Shown here: one piece after another, positions 24,723-34,856 of the stretch
How positions within the stretch are numbered: position 1 is the stretch's first letter
Layout: each line of letters opens with the position of its first letter
Virus record (IMG/VR): IMGVR_UViG_3300016466_000012
Span: 1 to 41,840 of that record
Source of the DNA: a virus
Lineage: Duplodnaviria > Caudoviricetes
Length of the DNA: 41,840 nt
Strand: one strand, 5' to 3'
Position numbers and translations under genes: made by a program
The notes under the pieces: model-generated
What the model was told of the DNA's origin: nothing
Seen by the model: only the letters and a program-made list of their open reading frames with translations
Databases searched by the model: none

Positions 24723-25396
24723 AAGTCGGAGTCTGCGTACCTTGCCGTGATGAAGTGATGACCTCTTTTGCGTTCGACTTTGCAAAGATGGTTGCTTTCG
24801 ATGTCAAGACTCGATGCGCCCAAGATGGGCATGGTTTGATGATGTACACAATGCCAGGAACGCTGATTTTTGATCAGCGAGAGAAACTGGTAGACGTAGC
24901 ACTCAAAGAGGGTTGCGATGCTGTCCTGTTTATTGACAGCGATATGAGATTTCCGAGGGACATGGTTAATGTCCTTCTGAGCCACGAAGTAGGAATCGTT
25001 GGAGTCAACGCTACTACTCGTAGGCCACCGATTCTGCCGACAGCACTAAATCTTCACATTGAAGAAAAAGATGGGCAAAAGATGCACTGGTGGGAAAAGA
25101 TTGATAGCCGTGGTAAGAAAGGAATTGAAAAGGTCACTGCCATCGGATTTGGTGCAGTTTTGATCCGTAAGGAAGTGTTCGATGCAGTACCAAAACCTTG
25201 GTTTGACGCGCCCTGGGGGAAGAGCGGAATCATTGGCGAAGACGTACACTTCTGCATTAAGTCGCAAGACGCAGGATTTGACACTTATGTTGACCATGAA
25301 CTGTCAATGAAAATTGGTCACGTTGGAGCTAGGGAACACAGATGGTCTGACGTAGAAGACGAGACGCTAGAGGAATTTAACAATGGCCCTAAATAA
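24719..25396 (+). CDS. GT-A/GT2-like glycosyltransferase in the structural operon
   Basis: LFIDSDM (DxD), IGFGAVLI, PWF, GEDVHFC, IGHVG. Confidence 0.8.
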   Translation: MKVGVCVPCRDEVMTSFAFDFAKMVAFDVKTRCAQDGHGLMMYTMPGTLIFDQREKLVDVALKEGCDAVLFIDSDMRFPRDMVNVLLSHEVGIVGVNATTRRPPILPTALNLHIEEKDGQKMHWWEKIDSRGKKGIEKVTAIGFGAVLIRKEVFDAVPKPWFDAPWGKSGIIGEDVHFCIKSQDAGFDTYVDHELSMKIGHVGAREHRWSDVEDETLEEFNNGPK

Positions 25397-26003
25397 CTAT
25401 TCTGACCTCAAAACCACGATTGCCAACTATTTGGCACGGTCTGATCTGACTAGCGTTATCCCTGATTTCATCCAACTGGCTGAACAACGTCTCCGTCGTG
25501 AATTGCGTATCCGTCAGATGCTCAAGGTTGTCACCACAACCACAACTGCCGGAGATTCCACTGTTGCTCTGCCAGCAGACTTTCTTCAACTGAGGGATGT
25601 TCACCTAGACGGCAATCCTGTCTATCCGGTTGAGTATCAGGCTCCTGGTGCATTCTTTCGTAACACTCGTTCTGCTGAGTCTGGCGTTCCTCGTCAATAC
25701 ACGATTCTGGCAACCGAATTTCAATTTGCACCAATTCCCGATTCGACTTACACGATTCGGATGCTCTATTACGCAAAGCCGGATTTCCTTAGTGACGCCA
25801 ACACTTCAAATGTGTTCTTGGCTAACTGTTCTGACGCACTGCTTTACGCTTCTCTTGCAGAGGCTGAACCTTATCTGATGAATGACGCTAGGGTTCAACT
25901 GTGGGCTAGTTTGTATGACCGTGCAGTAAATAACATTCAGACTAGCGATGACCAAGGCGAGTATTCCGCTTCGCCTCTTGCTATGTCTGTTGCTATTCGA
26001 TAG
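25383..26003 (+). CDS. Head-tail adaptor protein
   Basis: YSDLKTTIANYLARSDL..IPDFIQLAE, DALLYASLAEA; position after the capsid gene. Confidence 0.75.
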   Translation: MALNNYSDLKTTIANYLARSDLTSVIPDFIQLAEQRLRRELRIRQMLKVVTTTTTAGDSTVALPADFLQLRDVHLDGNPVYPVEYQAPGAFFRNTRSAESGVPRQYTILATEFQFAPIPDSTYTIRMLYYAKPDFLSDANTSNVFLANCSDALLYASLAEAEPYLMNDARVQLWASLYDRAVNNIQTSDDQGEYSASPLAMSVAIR

Positions 26004-26012
26004 GAGTCAAAA

Positions 26013-26399
26013 ATGTCTGAAATGAGTAACTACCTTGAGAATGCGCTGATTAACGCCGTTCTCCGCAATACGTCATACACAAGTCCTACAACCACTTATG
26101 TCAGCCTTCACACTGCTGACCCTACCGATGCTGGTAGTGGCACTGAAGTCTCTGGTGGTTCGTATGCTCGTACCTCGGCAACCTTTGGATCACCGTCTAA
26201 TGGTGTAACTACCAATAGTGCTGCTGTCGAATTTCCGCAATGCACTAGCACTTGGGGAACTGTATCGCACATTGGCATCTGGGACGCTTCTAGCAGTGGC
26301 AATCTGCTTTTCCATACTGCTCTTGATGCATCGAAGACCATTGAAACCGGCGATATCTTCAAGATTGCATCCGGTAGTCTGAGTGTGACTCTTGCATGA
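26013..26399 (+). CDS. Tail-associated structural protein
   Basis: LHTADP, EVSGGSYAR, WGTVSHIGIWDA..GNLL. Confidence 0.7.
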   Translation: MSEMSNYLENALINAVLRNTSYTSPTTTYVSLHTADPTDAGSGTEVSGGSYARTSATFGSPSNGVTTNSAAVEFPQCTSTWGTVSHIGIWDASSSGNLLFHTALDASKTIETGDIFKIASGSLSVTLA

Positions 26400-27361
26400 C
26401 ACCTCTTACCCTAGAAGAACTGGATTCCCGTGGGGATTTAGATTCTCTAGGGTATTCGCTCGACAACACTTGGTACGCAGATAGAGTCTGTGGGCCTTGG
26501 GTACTTGAGCAACTGGATTACTTTGGGAATCTAGACACTCTAGCATTCTCGCTAGACGATGCGATCTGGAACACCGCTTGCATCATTGACGTAAACACTG
26601 CGTCGATTACAGCAAGTGCTTCCGTATCAGCAAGTGCAAGCCGTACCCAAACTGGTACAGCCAGTATTGATGGAACAGGAACTCTAACCGCCGCTGCTTT
26701 CAGAGAAAGACTTGCAAGTGGTTCGGTTAGCGCATCTGCATCAGTATCAGCAGCAGCAACTCGTATCACCGAAGGAAGCGGAGCCGTACAAGGCTCTGCA
26801 ATCGTTTCTGCGGCTGGTATTAGGGTATTGGCATCATCTGCAAGCGCAAACGCAGCAGCGAGCGTTACAGCGGTTCCTAACGCCATATACGCTGGAAATG
26901 GTTCTATTTCTGCATCTGCAACACTAACCGCTGCTTGTTTGCGTGTCAGATTTGGTGATGCGGTAGTTACAAGTAGTGCAACTGTTGCATCTGACTCAAT
27001 ACGAGTTAGAACAGCACAAGGAGCGATAAATGCTAATGCAACTGTATCTGCGGTTGGTGGCCTTGTTGCGTCTGGCTCTGCCAGCATTAGTGCTGTTTGC
27101 ACTGTGGCTGCTCTCGGGAATGCAATATTTACTGCTTCAGGTTCAGTGTCGGCTGTTGCTGCTGTTGTGGCCGAAGGAACAGTCCTCGGAGAGGCATGGG
27201 TCGTAGTAACAGATTCCGTTAACACTTGGAGTCCTGTTACTGATAGTTCTGATGTATGGACTGTCGTATCAGCAGGTGATAACACATGGACTGCTGTTAC
27301 TGAGGGTCAGAATAATTGGTCAAACGTATCTGCTGGGAATAACACATGGGCACAACAGTAA
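26396..27361 (+). CDS. Ala/Ser-rich repeat structural protein
   Basis: About ten 20-aa repeats; C-terminal Trp every 10 aa. Confidence 0.7.
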   Translation: MTPLTLEELDSRGDLDSLGYSLDNTWYADRVCGPWVLEQLDYFGNLDTLAFSLDDAIWNTACIIDVNTASITASASVSASASRTQTGTASIDGTGTLTAAAFRERLASGSVSASASVSAAATRITEGSGAVQGSAIVSAAGIRVLASSASANAAASVTAVPNAIYAGNGSISASATLTAACLRVRFGDAVVTSSATVASDSIRVRTAQGAINANATVSAVGGLVASGSASISAVCTVAALGNAIFTASGSVSAVAAVVAEGTVLGEAWVVVTDSVNTWSPVTDSSDVWTVVSAGDNTWTAVTEGQNNWSNVSAGNNTWAQQ

Positions 27362-28776
27362 ATTTTGGTGAGTGGATTCCCGATCAACCTGGAGTCGCCG
27401 GTAACTTGACGGAGGCAAAAAATGTTTATCCCATTGCTACCGGATATGCGCCATTCCCTACTGCTGTCGATTATTCGGCTGCTGCATCAGAGACACTTAA
27501 CAATGTTGTTGCAGGAAAAAGCGGAGCGACTACACAGATATTTGCTGGTGGAACGACCAAAATATTCAAGTTGGATGCTTCCGATTTAAGCCTTGATGAT
27601 GTTTCTAAAGCCGGTGGCTATGCAACTCCCACTGGTGACCGTTGGAACTTTACTCAGTTTGGCAAAGTTATTCTTGCTGCCAACAATGAGGAGAAGATTC
27701 AAGCGTGGACTATAGGAACGTCTACAGCATTTGCTGATGTAGCCGCTGCCGCTCCTATTGCAAAGTATGTGACTGTCGTGCGTGACTTCGTAGTAGCAGC
27801 AAACATTGGCGCCGGTACTAATCCTAATCGTGTGCAATGGTCTGACATCAACGATGAGACGGATTGGACTTCTGGTGTAACTAGTCAATCTGACTATCAG
27901 GATATCGCTGATGGTGGGGACATTCGTGGCATCACTGGAGGCGAGTTTGGGCTTGTTCTTACTGAACGAGCGATCATCCGTATGAGTTACGTCGGCTCAC
28001 CGTTTTTCTTTCAGTTCGACACAATTTCTCGCGGTCTTGGCTGCTTTGAACAGAACTCTATTGCACAGTACGGTGGCACGACTTACTTCTTGTCTGACGA
28101 TGGTTTCTATTCATGCGATGGTCAGTCAGTAGTACCCATAGGTGCAGAGAAGGTTGACCGTTTCTTCTTCAATGACGCAAACATTGGTCAAATTGAAGAT
28201 ATCTCTACCGCTGTAGACCCCGTTCGCGCATTAGTGCTGTGGTGCTACAGAAACGCAGCCGGTGGTCAGTCTATTCTTGCTTACCAGTGGCAGATTAAGC
28301 GTTGGTCTTACGGTGAAACGACTGCTGACAAGATTGCTTCTGCAATGACTTCCGGTGTGACACTAGAGGGTCTTGATGCTTACGGTACTGTGGACTCAAT
28401 CACAACTTCGTGGGATGACCGTACCTGGTCTGGTGGTGACCTACTTCTCGCTGGTACTGATGGCGCAAAGATTGTGACCTTCACTGGGGCTAGTGCCACT
28501 GCATCAATCACGACTGCTGATATCACTGCTGGCAACACCTCGATGGTGTCTATGGTGCGCCCTGTGATTGACAATGGTTCTGCCAATGTCTCGGTATCGT
28601 CTCGTATCCTTCTGTCTGCACAGCCGTCCTACAACAGCCCTGTTGCGGCTAACAGTGATGGGCGCTCACCGCAGAGAAGTGTTGGTAAATACCATCGTAT
28701 CCGTGTGGTTCCTACGGGCAACTGGACTGCTGCTGTAGGCGTTGAAGTAGACCTTGCGAATGCGGGTGCGCGATGA
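27346..28776 (+). CDS. Tail nozzle / tubular protein (P22 gp10 or T7 gp12 analogue)
   Basis: FGEWIPDQP, VQWSDINDETDW, beta-rich 476 aa; position in tail operon. Confidence 0.7.
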   Translation: MGTTVNFGEWIPDQPGVAGNLTEAKNVYPIATGYAPFPTAVDYSAAASETLNNVVAGKSGATTQIFAGGTTKIFKLDASDLSLDDVSKAGGYATPTGDRWNFTQFGKVILAANNEEKIQAWTIGTSTAFADVAAAAPIAKYVTVVRDFVVAANIGAGTNPNRVQWSDINDETDWTSGVTSQSDYQDIADGGDIRGITGGEFGLVLTERAIIRMSYVGSPFFFQFDTISRGLGCFEQNSIAQYGGTTYFLSDDGFYSCDGQSVVPIGAEKVDRFFFNDANIGQIEDISTAVDPVRALVLWCYRNAAGGQSILAYQWQIKRWSYGETTADKIASAMTSGVTLEGLDAYGTVDSITTSWDDRTWSGGDLLLAGTDGAKIVTFTGASATASITTADITAGNTSMVSMVRPVIDNGSANVSVSSRILLSAQPSYNSPVAANSDGRSPQRSVGKYHRIRVVPTGNWTAAVGVEVDLANAGAR

Positions 28777-29573
28777 TTTTTCGTACCCTACCGCCATTTG
28801 GTGCTGACCAGCGTGGTGTCGCTGAAGTTGTCCGTGGAATCATGGACGGCAAGACCAATAACACTGGAACACTGACGCTTGCCACTGGTAACGCTACGAC
28901 TACGACTCTATACGACGAGCGTATCAGTCCTGACAGCAAGATTATCTTTGTGCCAATGTCTGCTGCTGCATTCTCGGATACAGCCCCGTATGGCGCATTT
29001 CAGGACAACACAGATCAGACTGCTGCTGCTATTGACGTTGCCTATGCAGTAGCGTTTGGTACTACTGACGAAGAAAACGGAGTCTACATATCCAACACTT
29101 CTCGGATTAACGTCCGCAATGCTGGTTTGTATGACTGTCAGTTTTCCATTCAAGTAAAGAACACGACAAACGATTCACAAAGCATTGATATCTGGTTCCG
29201 CAAGAATGGAACTGATATAGCAGGATCAAATAGTCGATTTGGTATGCCAGCGCGCAAAAGCACTGGTGACCCTAGCCACCTTATTGCGGCCATGAATTTC
29301 TTTCTTGATTTGGCTGCCGGTGACTACGTTCAATTGATGTGGCGTGTATCGGATATTGGCGTATCGCTTGAACACTATGCAGCGGTTAGTGCTTCCGCTG
29401 GCGTAACTCCTGCGATTCCTGCTACTCCGTCTGCTATTGCCACAATGACTTATGTAGCGCCAAATGCTACGACCAATGTGTACGCAAGTTCACAAACTCA
29501 AGGACAAGCGACTATTGCTCATTGGGCTAACTCTACTGCTGACAAGACATACGGTTATGTCGTTATCGGTTAA
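28773..29573 (+). CDS. Tail-associated protein
   Basis: GKTNNTG N-terminus; internal beta-sandwich-like segment AGLYDCQFSIQ...IWFRKNG. Confidence 0.6.
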   Translation: MIFRTLPPFGADQRGVAEVVRGIMDGKTNNTGTLTLATGNATTTTLYDERISPDSKIIFVPMSAAAFSDTAPYGAFQDNTDQTAAAIDVAYAVAFGTTDEENGVYISNTSRINVRNAGLYDCQFSIQVKNTTNDSQSIDIWFRKNGTDIAGSNSRFGMPARKSTGDPSHLIAAMNFFLDLAAGDYVQLMWRVSDIGVSLEHYAAVSASAGVTPAIPATPSAIATMTYVAPNATTNVYASSQTQGQATIAHWANSTADKTYGYVVIG

Positions 29574-29955
29574 GTATGTGAATCCGATGGAACTCAAGGC
29601 GATCTGGCCTTGGGTTAGAGAGAAATTAAATGTAGTGCAAAAGAAATCTCCTGAGAGTTGGATTGCAGAGGAGATTTATTGTCAGTGTTTCAATCAGGAA
29701 GCAATGCTTTGGGTTGGTTATCTATTCAACAAACCCGTATGTATGTTTATACTTGTGCCACTGGGTGACACCGTAGGAATCTCCGTTGCATGGTCGGAGT
29801 CTGAGCCGGTAGCCGATGAAGCCCTGAAACATATAGAAGGCATTGCTAAAAATGGCGGTGCTAAATATCTGGAATTCAGGACTTGGCGCAGAGGTTGGGA
29901 AAAACGCGCACGGCAAATGGGCTTTAGACCTCGCGCTTGGGTAAAGGAGATTTGA
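29557..29955 (+). CDS. GNAT-like protein preceding the ejection genes
   Basis: IAKNGGAKYLEFRTWRRGWEKR..MGF; same position as T7 gp13 and P22 gp14. Confidence 0.55.
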   Translation: MSLSVKYVNPMELKAIWPWVREKLNVVQKKSPESWIAEEIYCQCFNQEAMLWVGYLFNKPVCMFILVPLGDTVGISVAWSESEPVADEALKHIEGIAKNGGAKYLEFRTWRRGWEKRARQMGFRPRAWVKEI

Positions 29956-29956
29956 A

Positions 29957-30802
29957 ATGAGTGACTTGTTTGGGCAACGTGAGCGGGTACAGACAAATGT
30001 AACCCAACTCGACCCTACGCTACGCCCGTATGTCGGTTATGGTCTTGAGGAGGCCCGTAGGCTCTATCAGGGCTTTACACCGCAATACTTTCCGGGTCAA
30101 ACCTATGTCTCCCCGACTCAGGCCACCCAAGCAGCCATACAAGCACAAATCAATCGTGCTACTCAAGGTAGTGCGCTGACTCCGGCTGCACAGCAGCAGC
30201 AACTAGCCACGATTCAAGGCCAGTACCTCGGTGGCAATCCTTTCTTCCAAGGTGCGTTCCAACCGGCTGCTATGGCTGCAACGTCAACGTTCAACCAAGC
30301 CATTCAGGATGTAGCAAGTAACGCCTCACGCGCTGGTCGTTATGGCTCCGGTGCTATGGGGCAATTGCAAGATCGTGCTGCTATCCAGTTAGCAAATGCG
30401 CTAACTGGTACTGCGGGTCAATTGGCCTATCAGAACTATGCTGCTGAACGTGCTGCACAAGAACGTGCCGCTGGTATGGCTCCAACTCTTGCTGCTACTG
30501 ATTACAGCGATATCGCGCAACTTGCTGCTGCTGGTCAAGCTCAAGAGGCTTACCAAGCACAAGCACTGCAAGACGCTATCAATCGGTTCAATTTCCAACA
30601 GAACCTTCCGCAACAGCAACTCAGCAATTTCTTGTCGGCTGCGTATGGTGCTCCTGCTGGTCAACAAACTCGTACCCCTGTCTACTCCTCCCCGCTGATT
30701 AGTGGCCTTGGTGGTGCCGCTCTTGGTAGCCAAATTGGCGGGACTCGTTACGGGACTACTGGTGCAATCCTTGGTGGTCTTGCTGGACTCTTGGGGGCTT
30801 AA
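29957..30802 (+). CDS. Internal virion / DNA ejection protein 1
   Basis: Gln/Ala-rich, AGRYGSG, Gly-rich hydrophobic C-terminus; AAGGAG RBS. Confidence 0.7.
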   Translation: MSDLFGQRERVQTNVTQLDPTLRPYVGYGLEEARRLYQGFTPQYFPGQTYVSPTQATQAAIQAQINRATQGSALTPAAQQQQLATIQGQYLGGNPFFQGAFQPAAMAATSTFNQAIQDVASNASRAGRYGSGAMGQLQDRAAIQLANALTGTAGQLAYQNYAAERAAQERAAGMAPTLAATDYSDIAQLAAAGQAQEAYQAQALQDAINRFNFQQNLPQQQLSNFLSAAYGAPAGQQTRTPVYSSPLISGLGGAALGSQIGGTRYGTTGAILGGLAGLLGA

Positions 30803-30804
30803 CT

Positions 30805-32031
30805 ATGAACGGACTTCTCGGAAATCTGTTTGGCATTCAAGAAGAAGACCCGTTGCTTGCAATGCTTCCTCCTGAGCAACGCGCTCGTCTGCAAGCGCAA
30901 ACTCGTAGCCAAGGCATTACCAATCTTGGTCTGGCTCTCCTGCAAGCCGGTGGCCCCACTCGCACTCCTGGTGGATTCGGGCAACTCTTGGGACAAGCTG
31001 GTATGCAAGCCATGCAAGCTAACCAAGGTCTGATGGATGCAAACCTTCAGCGGATGCTTGCTGCTCGAAAGATGCAACAGGAACAGGCTCAACTAGAACG
31101 TCAAAAGCAATTCCGCACTGGTCTTGCTGGACTGATGCGTACTGAAACTGTGCAACCTGCTGTGATGGATCAGGAAGGCCGACCTGGTGCTGGTGTAGTG
31201 CAACCGGCCTTTACTCGCACGGCCTTTGATCAAGATGCAGCAACTCGACTTGCTTTGGAATACCCAGAGTTTGCTCAAGAAGCCGCTGCTATTCGCAAGA
31301 TGGTTGAGCCGGAGGCTTTCACGCTTGCTCCTGGTCAAATCCGTGTGCGTGGCGGTGAAGTAGTTGCTGCTGCACCGTTTGAGCCGAAAGAAGCAAAAGA
31401 GCCTGATTTGACGAAAGACCGTGATGCCATTTCGGCTGAATTGTTTGGTGTTCCGTTCTCTCGTTTGAGTCAGACCCAAATGTCTCAAGTCAATACTAGG
31501 CTACTTCGAGAGCGTGAAGGTGTTGCAGGGGCAGGCGCCCCGAAGCCTCCTAGTCGCCAACCGGGATTTATGGATGCAACTGACTTGCGCAAGGAATTCC
31601 GTGCCACGCCAGAAGCAAAGGCATTCCAGGAAATGCGTAGTGCCTACGGTGCTGTAGAGGCTGCCGCTTCTCAAAAAACTCCTGTTGCAGACGTTGCGCT
31701 TGCAACCAAGATTATGAAGTTGCTTGATCCTGGTTCTGTTGTGCGCGAGTCTGAACTTGCCATTGCTATGAGTGCAGCGGCTCCGTTGGATCGAATCCTT
31801 AACTATGCAAATCGTCTTAAAACAGGCGAGAAGCTCACAGATACACAACGCGAAGAATTCCGCATTCTTGCGAAGAAGATTTTTGATGCTGCTGAAGTTA
31901 AGTTTGGCGAAGTTGAAAATTACTACGCCGGTATAGCAAGGCAAGGCGGCCTTGATCCTGAATTGGTTATCGGCGGTATGGGTCAAAGACTGACTGCTCG
32001 CGGACGCGCGGCTCTTGATAAGTACAAATGA
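30805..32031 (+). CDS. Internal virion / DNA ejection protein 2
   Basis: Helical, KLLDPGSVVRESE motif; position. Confidence 0.65.
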   Translation: MNGLLGNLFGIQEEDPLLAMLPPEQRARLQAQTRSQGITNLGLALLQAGGPTRTPGGFGQLLGQAGMQAMQANQGLMDANLQRMLAARKMQQEQAQLERQKQFRTGLAGLMRTETVQPAVMDQEGRPGAGVVQPAFTRTAFDQDAATRLALEYPEFAQEAAAIRKMVEPEAFTLAPGQIRVRGGEVVAAAPFEPKEAKEPDLTKDRDAISAELFGVPFSRLSQTQMSQVNTRLLREREGVAGAGAPKPPSRQPGFMDATDLRKEFRATPEAKAFQEMRSAYGAVEAAASQKTPVADVALATKIMKLLDPGSVVRESELAIAMSAAAPLDRILNYANRLKTGEKLTDTQREEFRILAKKIFDAAEVKFGEVENYYAGIARQGGLDPELVIGGMGQRLTARGRAALDKYK

Positions 32032-32039
32032 GGTGATGC

Positions 32040-34097
32040 ATGGCAACTCTTAAAGAGCTTGAGAATGCACTCATCAAGGCTGATGAAGCCGGTGATGTTG
32101 AATCTGCACGCGCACTTGCCTATGAAATTAGAGTAATGCTAGGTGAGCAACCGGAGCCTCAACCGCAACCAGAAGCCGTAGTTTCAGCCGGTAGACAAGT
32201 ACTAGACGTTCCTCGTCAACTTGGACTGACTGCTCGCTATGGCATTGAAGGTCTGGCTGGTGCTGCTGACGTACTTGGTGCGCCAATTCGATCTGGTCTT
32301 GAGCAAGTTCTTGGTCGGCCTGTGCAACCAGCCGGTCCGATGATTGCCAATGTGCTTGGACTTCCTCAGCCGCAAACTCCTACCGAGCGGGTGGTTGGAG
32401 ATGTCGCACGAACTCTTGCTGGCACTGGTGGAGTCGTAGGTGCTGCTCAACTTGCACGACCAGTTGGACAGGTTGCTCGCGGTGCAGCCGAAGCAATTGC
32501 TGCTAGTCCACTCACACAGGCTATCTCTGGTGGCGCTGGTGCTGGTGTAGCAGGTTCTGTGCGTGAAGCCGGTGGTGGGCCTATGGCTCAGACAGTATCC
32601 GGGCTTCTGACTGCGCTTGGTGTTTCTCCATTCGTGCAGCCAGCTGCTACTGGCGTTTCTAACCTTGTAAGTGCTGCTCGTCAGCGTCTTGCTCCAACTC
32701 CAACTCCGACTGTCAATGTAGACATCAAGATTGAGAACGCACTCAAGCCATCAGGCATCAAGTTTGGTGATCTGTCTCCTGCTCTTCAGGAGTCTTTGCG
32801 CCGAGATATTTCCGCTGCTACCCAACTTGGTCCGCTATCACCTGCTGCTACTCAGCGTCTTGTTGACTATCGTCTTACTGGTGCAACTCCGACTCGCGCA
32901 ACTTTGACGCTTGATCCTGGTGAAGTTACTCGCCAAAAGAATCTTGCAAAGCAGGGCGCAAATGTGACTGATCCAGCAGCGCAACGATTGTCTCAAATTG
33001 AGAACGAAAACAATCAGGTTCTGCTATCGCGCATGAATACGCTTGGTGCTGAGAACGCACTTGAGCCGACTCGCGCTGGTATGCGACTGATTGACAGCAT
33101 TAGTTCTGTAGCGAACCAGTATCAAACTAGGATTAGTGACCTCTACAACCGCGCCAGAAGTTCTGGTGGTCGCGCAGCACAGCTTGATAACTATCAGTTC
33201 ACACAAGCCGCTGGAAACGCTTTGGATAACGCCAACCTCGGTGCATTCCTTCCTCGTGAATTCAAGCGTACCCTTAACCAGATTTCCACCGGAAAACTAC
33301 CTCTTACGGTAGACGTTGCAGAACAGATCAAGACGCAACTAGCTACATCACAACGCTCCGCTACTGATGGGAATGTTAGGGCTGCTCTTGGCGCTGTTCG
33401 TGAGGCTCTTGATAACACTCCGCTGCAAAGTGGTCAGCAACTCGGACGCGAGTCCATTGATGCGTTCAATGCTGCTCGAACTGCAAACCGTGAGTTTAAG
33501 AAGCTTCAAGAAAACAATCCATTCCTAAAGGATGTTGTTGAAGGCGTCGAGCCTGACAAATTCTTTGAGAAGTATGTGATTGGACAACCGGCTAGCAATG
33601 TAAAGAAACTGGTTAACTTCCTACCAGAAGATGATCGCGCTCTTTTGAAGAACCAGGTGACTGCTTACATCAAGGATAAGGCTACTGGTGGTCAGCCTGA
33701 TGATGTCGCTCGCTTGTCTGGTCTCAAGATGAACCAGGTCATTAAGTCGATTGGCAAGGACAAACTTGAGGCGATATTCACCGCAGACGAGATTGCTCAA
33801 CTTCGTGCTATTGCCAACGTATCGCGCTATGAGCAATTCATTCCTGTTGGTGCCGCTGTGAACACATCGAACACGGCTGCTGCAGCAACGGCAATGCTAG
33901 ATCGTCTTGCCAGATCAACCATCCTTGGTCGCATCCCTCTTGGCACTGAATTGGTTGGTCGGCCATTGCAAAACATCATCATTGGCTCTCAAGCTCAACG
34001 AGCAACACAGGTGCCGCAAGCACTTACAATTGAACAACTTAGACGAACTGGGACGATCAGCCCTCCCCTCGGGCTTCTGTTCCAAGAAAGGGAGTAG
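32040..34097 (+). CDS. Internal virion / DNA ejection protein 3
   Basis: 685 aa Ala-rich, NTSNTA near the C-terminus; third of three large helical genes. Confidence 0.65.
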   Translation: MATLKELENALIKADEAGDVESARALAYEIRVMLGEQPEPQPQPEAVVSAGRQVLDVPRQLGLTARYGIEGLAGAADVLGAPIRSGLEQVLGRPVQPAGPMIANVLGLPQPQTPTERVVGDVARTLAGTGGVVGAAQLARPVGQVARGAAEAIAASPLTQAISGGAGAGVAGSVREAGGGPMAQTVSGLLTALGVSPFVQPAATGVSNLVSAARQRLAPTPTPTVNVDIKIENALKPSGIKFGDLSPALQESLRRDISAATQLGPLSPAATQRLVDYRLTGATPTRATLTLDPGEVTRQKNLAKQGANVTDPAAQRLSQIENENNQVLLSRMNTLGAENALEPTRAGMRLIDSISSVANQYQTRISDLYNRARSSGGRAAQLDNYQFTQAAGNALDNANLGAFLPREFKRTLNQISTGKLPLTVDVAEQIKTQLATSQRSATDGNVRAALGAVREALDNTPLQSGQQLGRESIDAFNAARTANREFKKLQENNPFLKDVVEGVEPDKFFEKYVIGQPASNVKKLVNFLPEDDRALLKNQVTAYIKDKATGGQPDDVARLSGLKMNQVIKSIGKDKLEAIFTADEIAQLRAIANVSRYEQFIPVGAAVNTSNTAAAATAMLDRLARSTILGRIPLGTELVGRPLQNIIIGSQAQRATQVPQALTIEQLRRTGTISPPLGLLFQERE

Positions 34098-34100
34098 ATC

Positions 34101-34856
34101 ATGCCAAAGGTAAAGATTTCGGACTTTAGTACGACAGCCGGTAACAACACCGACATTAACAGCATCAATATCGCTGAAGGTTGTGCGCCTTCCGGTATCA
34201 ATGATGCTATCCGTACCCTGATGGCTTATCTCAAGGATTGGCAATCTGGTGCTGTCGCTCAGGACAATAGTTTCAATGGTGCTGTGACTGTCTCTGGTGC
34301 AACAGTCCTGAGTTCTACTCTGGCTGTTACTGGAAACCAAACAAATAGCGGCACTCTTACCGTAACTGGCGGCACTACTTTCACTGGCGCTTCGGTAATG
34401 AGCAGTGACCTTAATGTTGCTGGCAAGACCACGCTTACTGGTTCTTCCAGCAAGGCTGCACTGGTAATCCCGAATGCTATGGAAGACATTACTGTATCTG
34501 CTACGGCTGCCACTGGTACGATTAACTATGACGTAACCACTCAGAGCGTTCTGTATTACACCAGCAATGCGTCTGCTAACTGGACTGTCAACTTCCGTGG
34601 ATCTAGCGGCACTTCGCTGAATACGCTGATGGCTACTGGTGAGTCGATTACTGCTACTTTCATTGTGACGCAAGGTTCTACGGCTTATTACAATTCTGCC
34701 GTACAAGTAGATGGTTCTTCTGTCACTCCCAAGTGGCAAGGTGGTACTGCTCCTACTGCTGGTAATGCTTCGTCTATTGACGCTTATACCTATACCATTA
34801 TCAAGACGGGTAGTGCTACGTTTACCGTTCTGGCTGCTCAAACCAAGTTTGCTTAA
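34101..34856 (+). CDS. Tail fibre / adhesin carrier protein
   Basis: INIAEGCAPSGINDAIR N-terminus; Thr/Ser/Gly-rich; KWQGGTAPT..IDAYTYTIIK. Confidence 0.7.
   Translation: MPKVKISDFSTTAGNNTDINSINIAEGCAPSGINDAIRTLMAYLKDWQSGAVAQDNSFNGAVTVSGATVLSSTLAVTGNQTNSGTLTVTGGTTFTGASVMSSDLNVAGKTTLTGSSSKAALVIPNAMEDITVSATAATGTINYDVTTQSVLYYTSNASANWTVNFRGSSGTSLNTLMATGESITATFIVTQGSTAYYNSAVQVDGSSVTPKWQGGTAPTAGNASSIDAYTYTIIKTGSATFTVLAAQTKFA

Larger units (their letters stand above)
1..34839. mobile_element. Complete circularly closed podovirus-like bacteriophage genome (~34.8 kb)
   Basis: One full set of terminase, portal, scaffold, capsid, tail, ejection, lysis and recombination genes. Bases 1-124 are identical to 34840-34963, and the window begins with the last codons (TKFA-stop) of the gene at 34101-34856. 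Confidence 0.9.
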
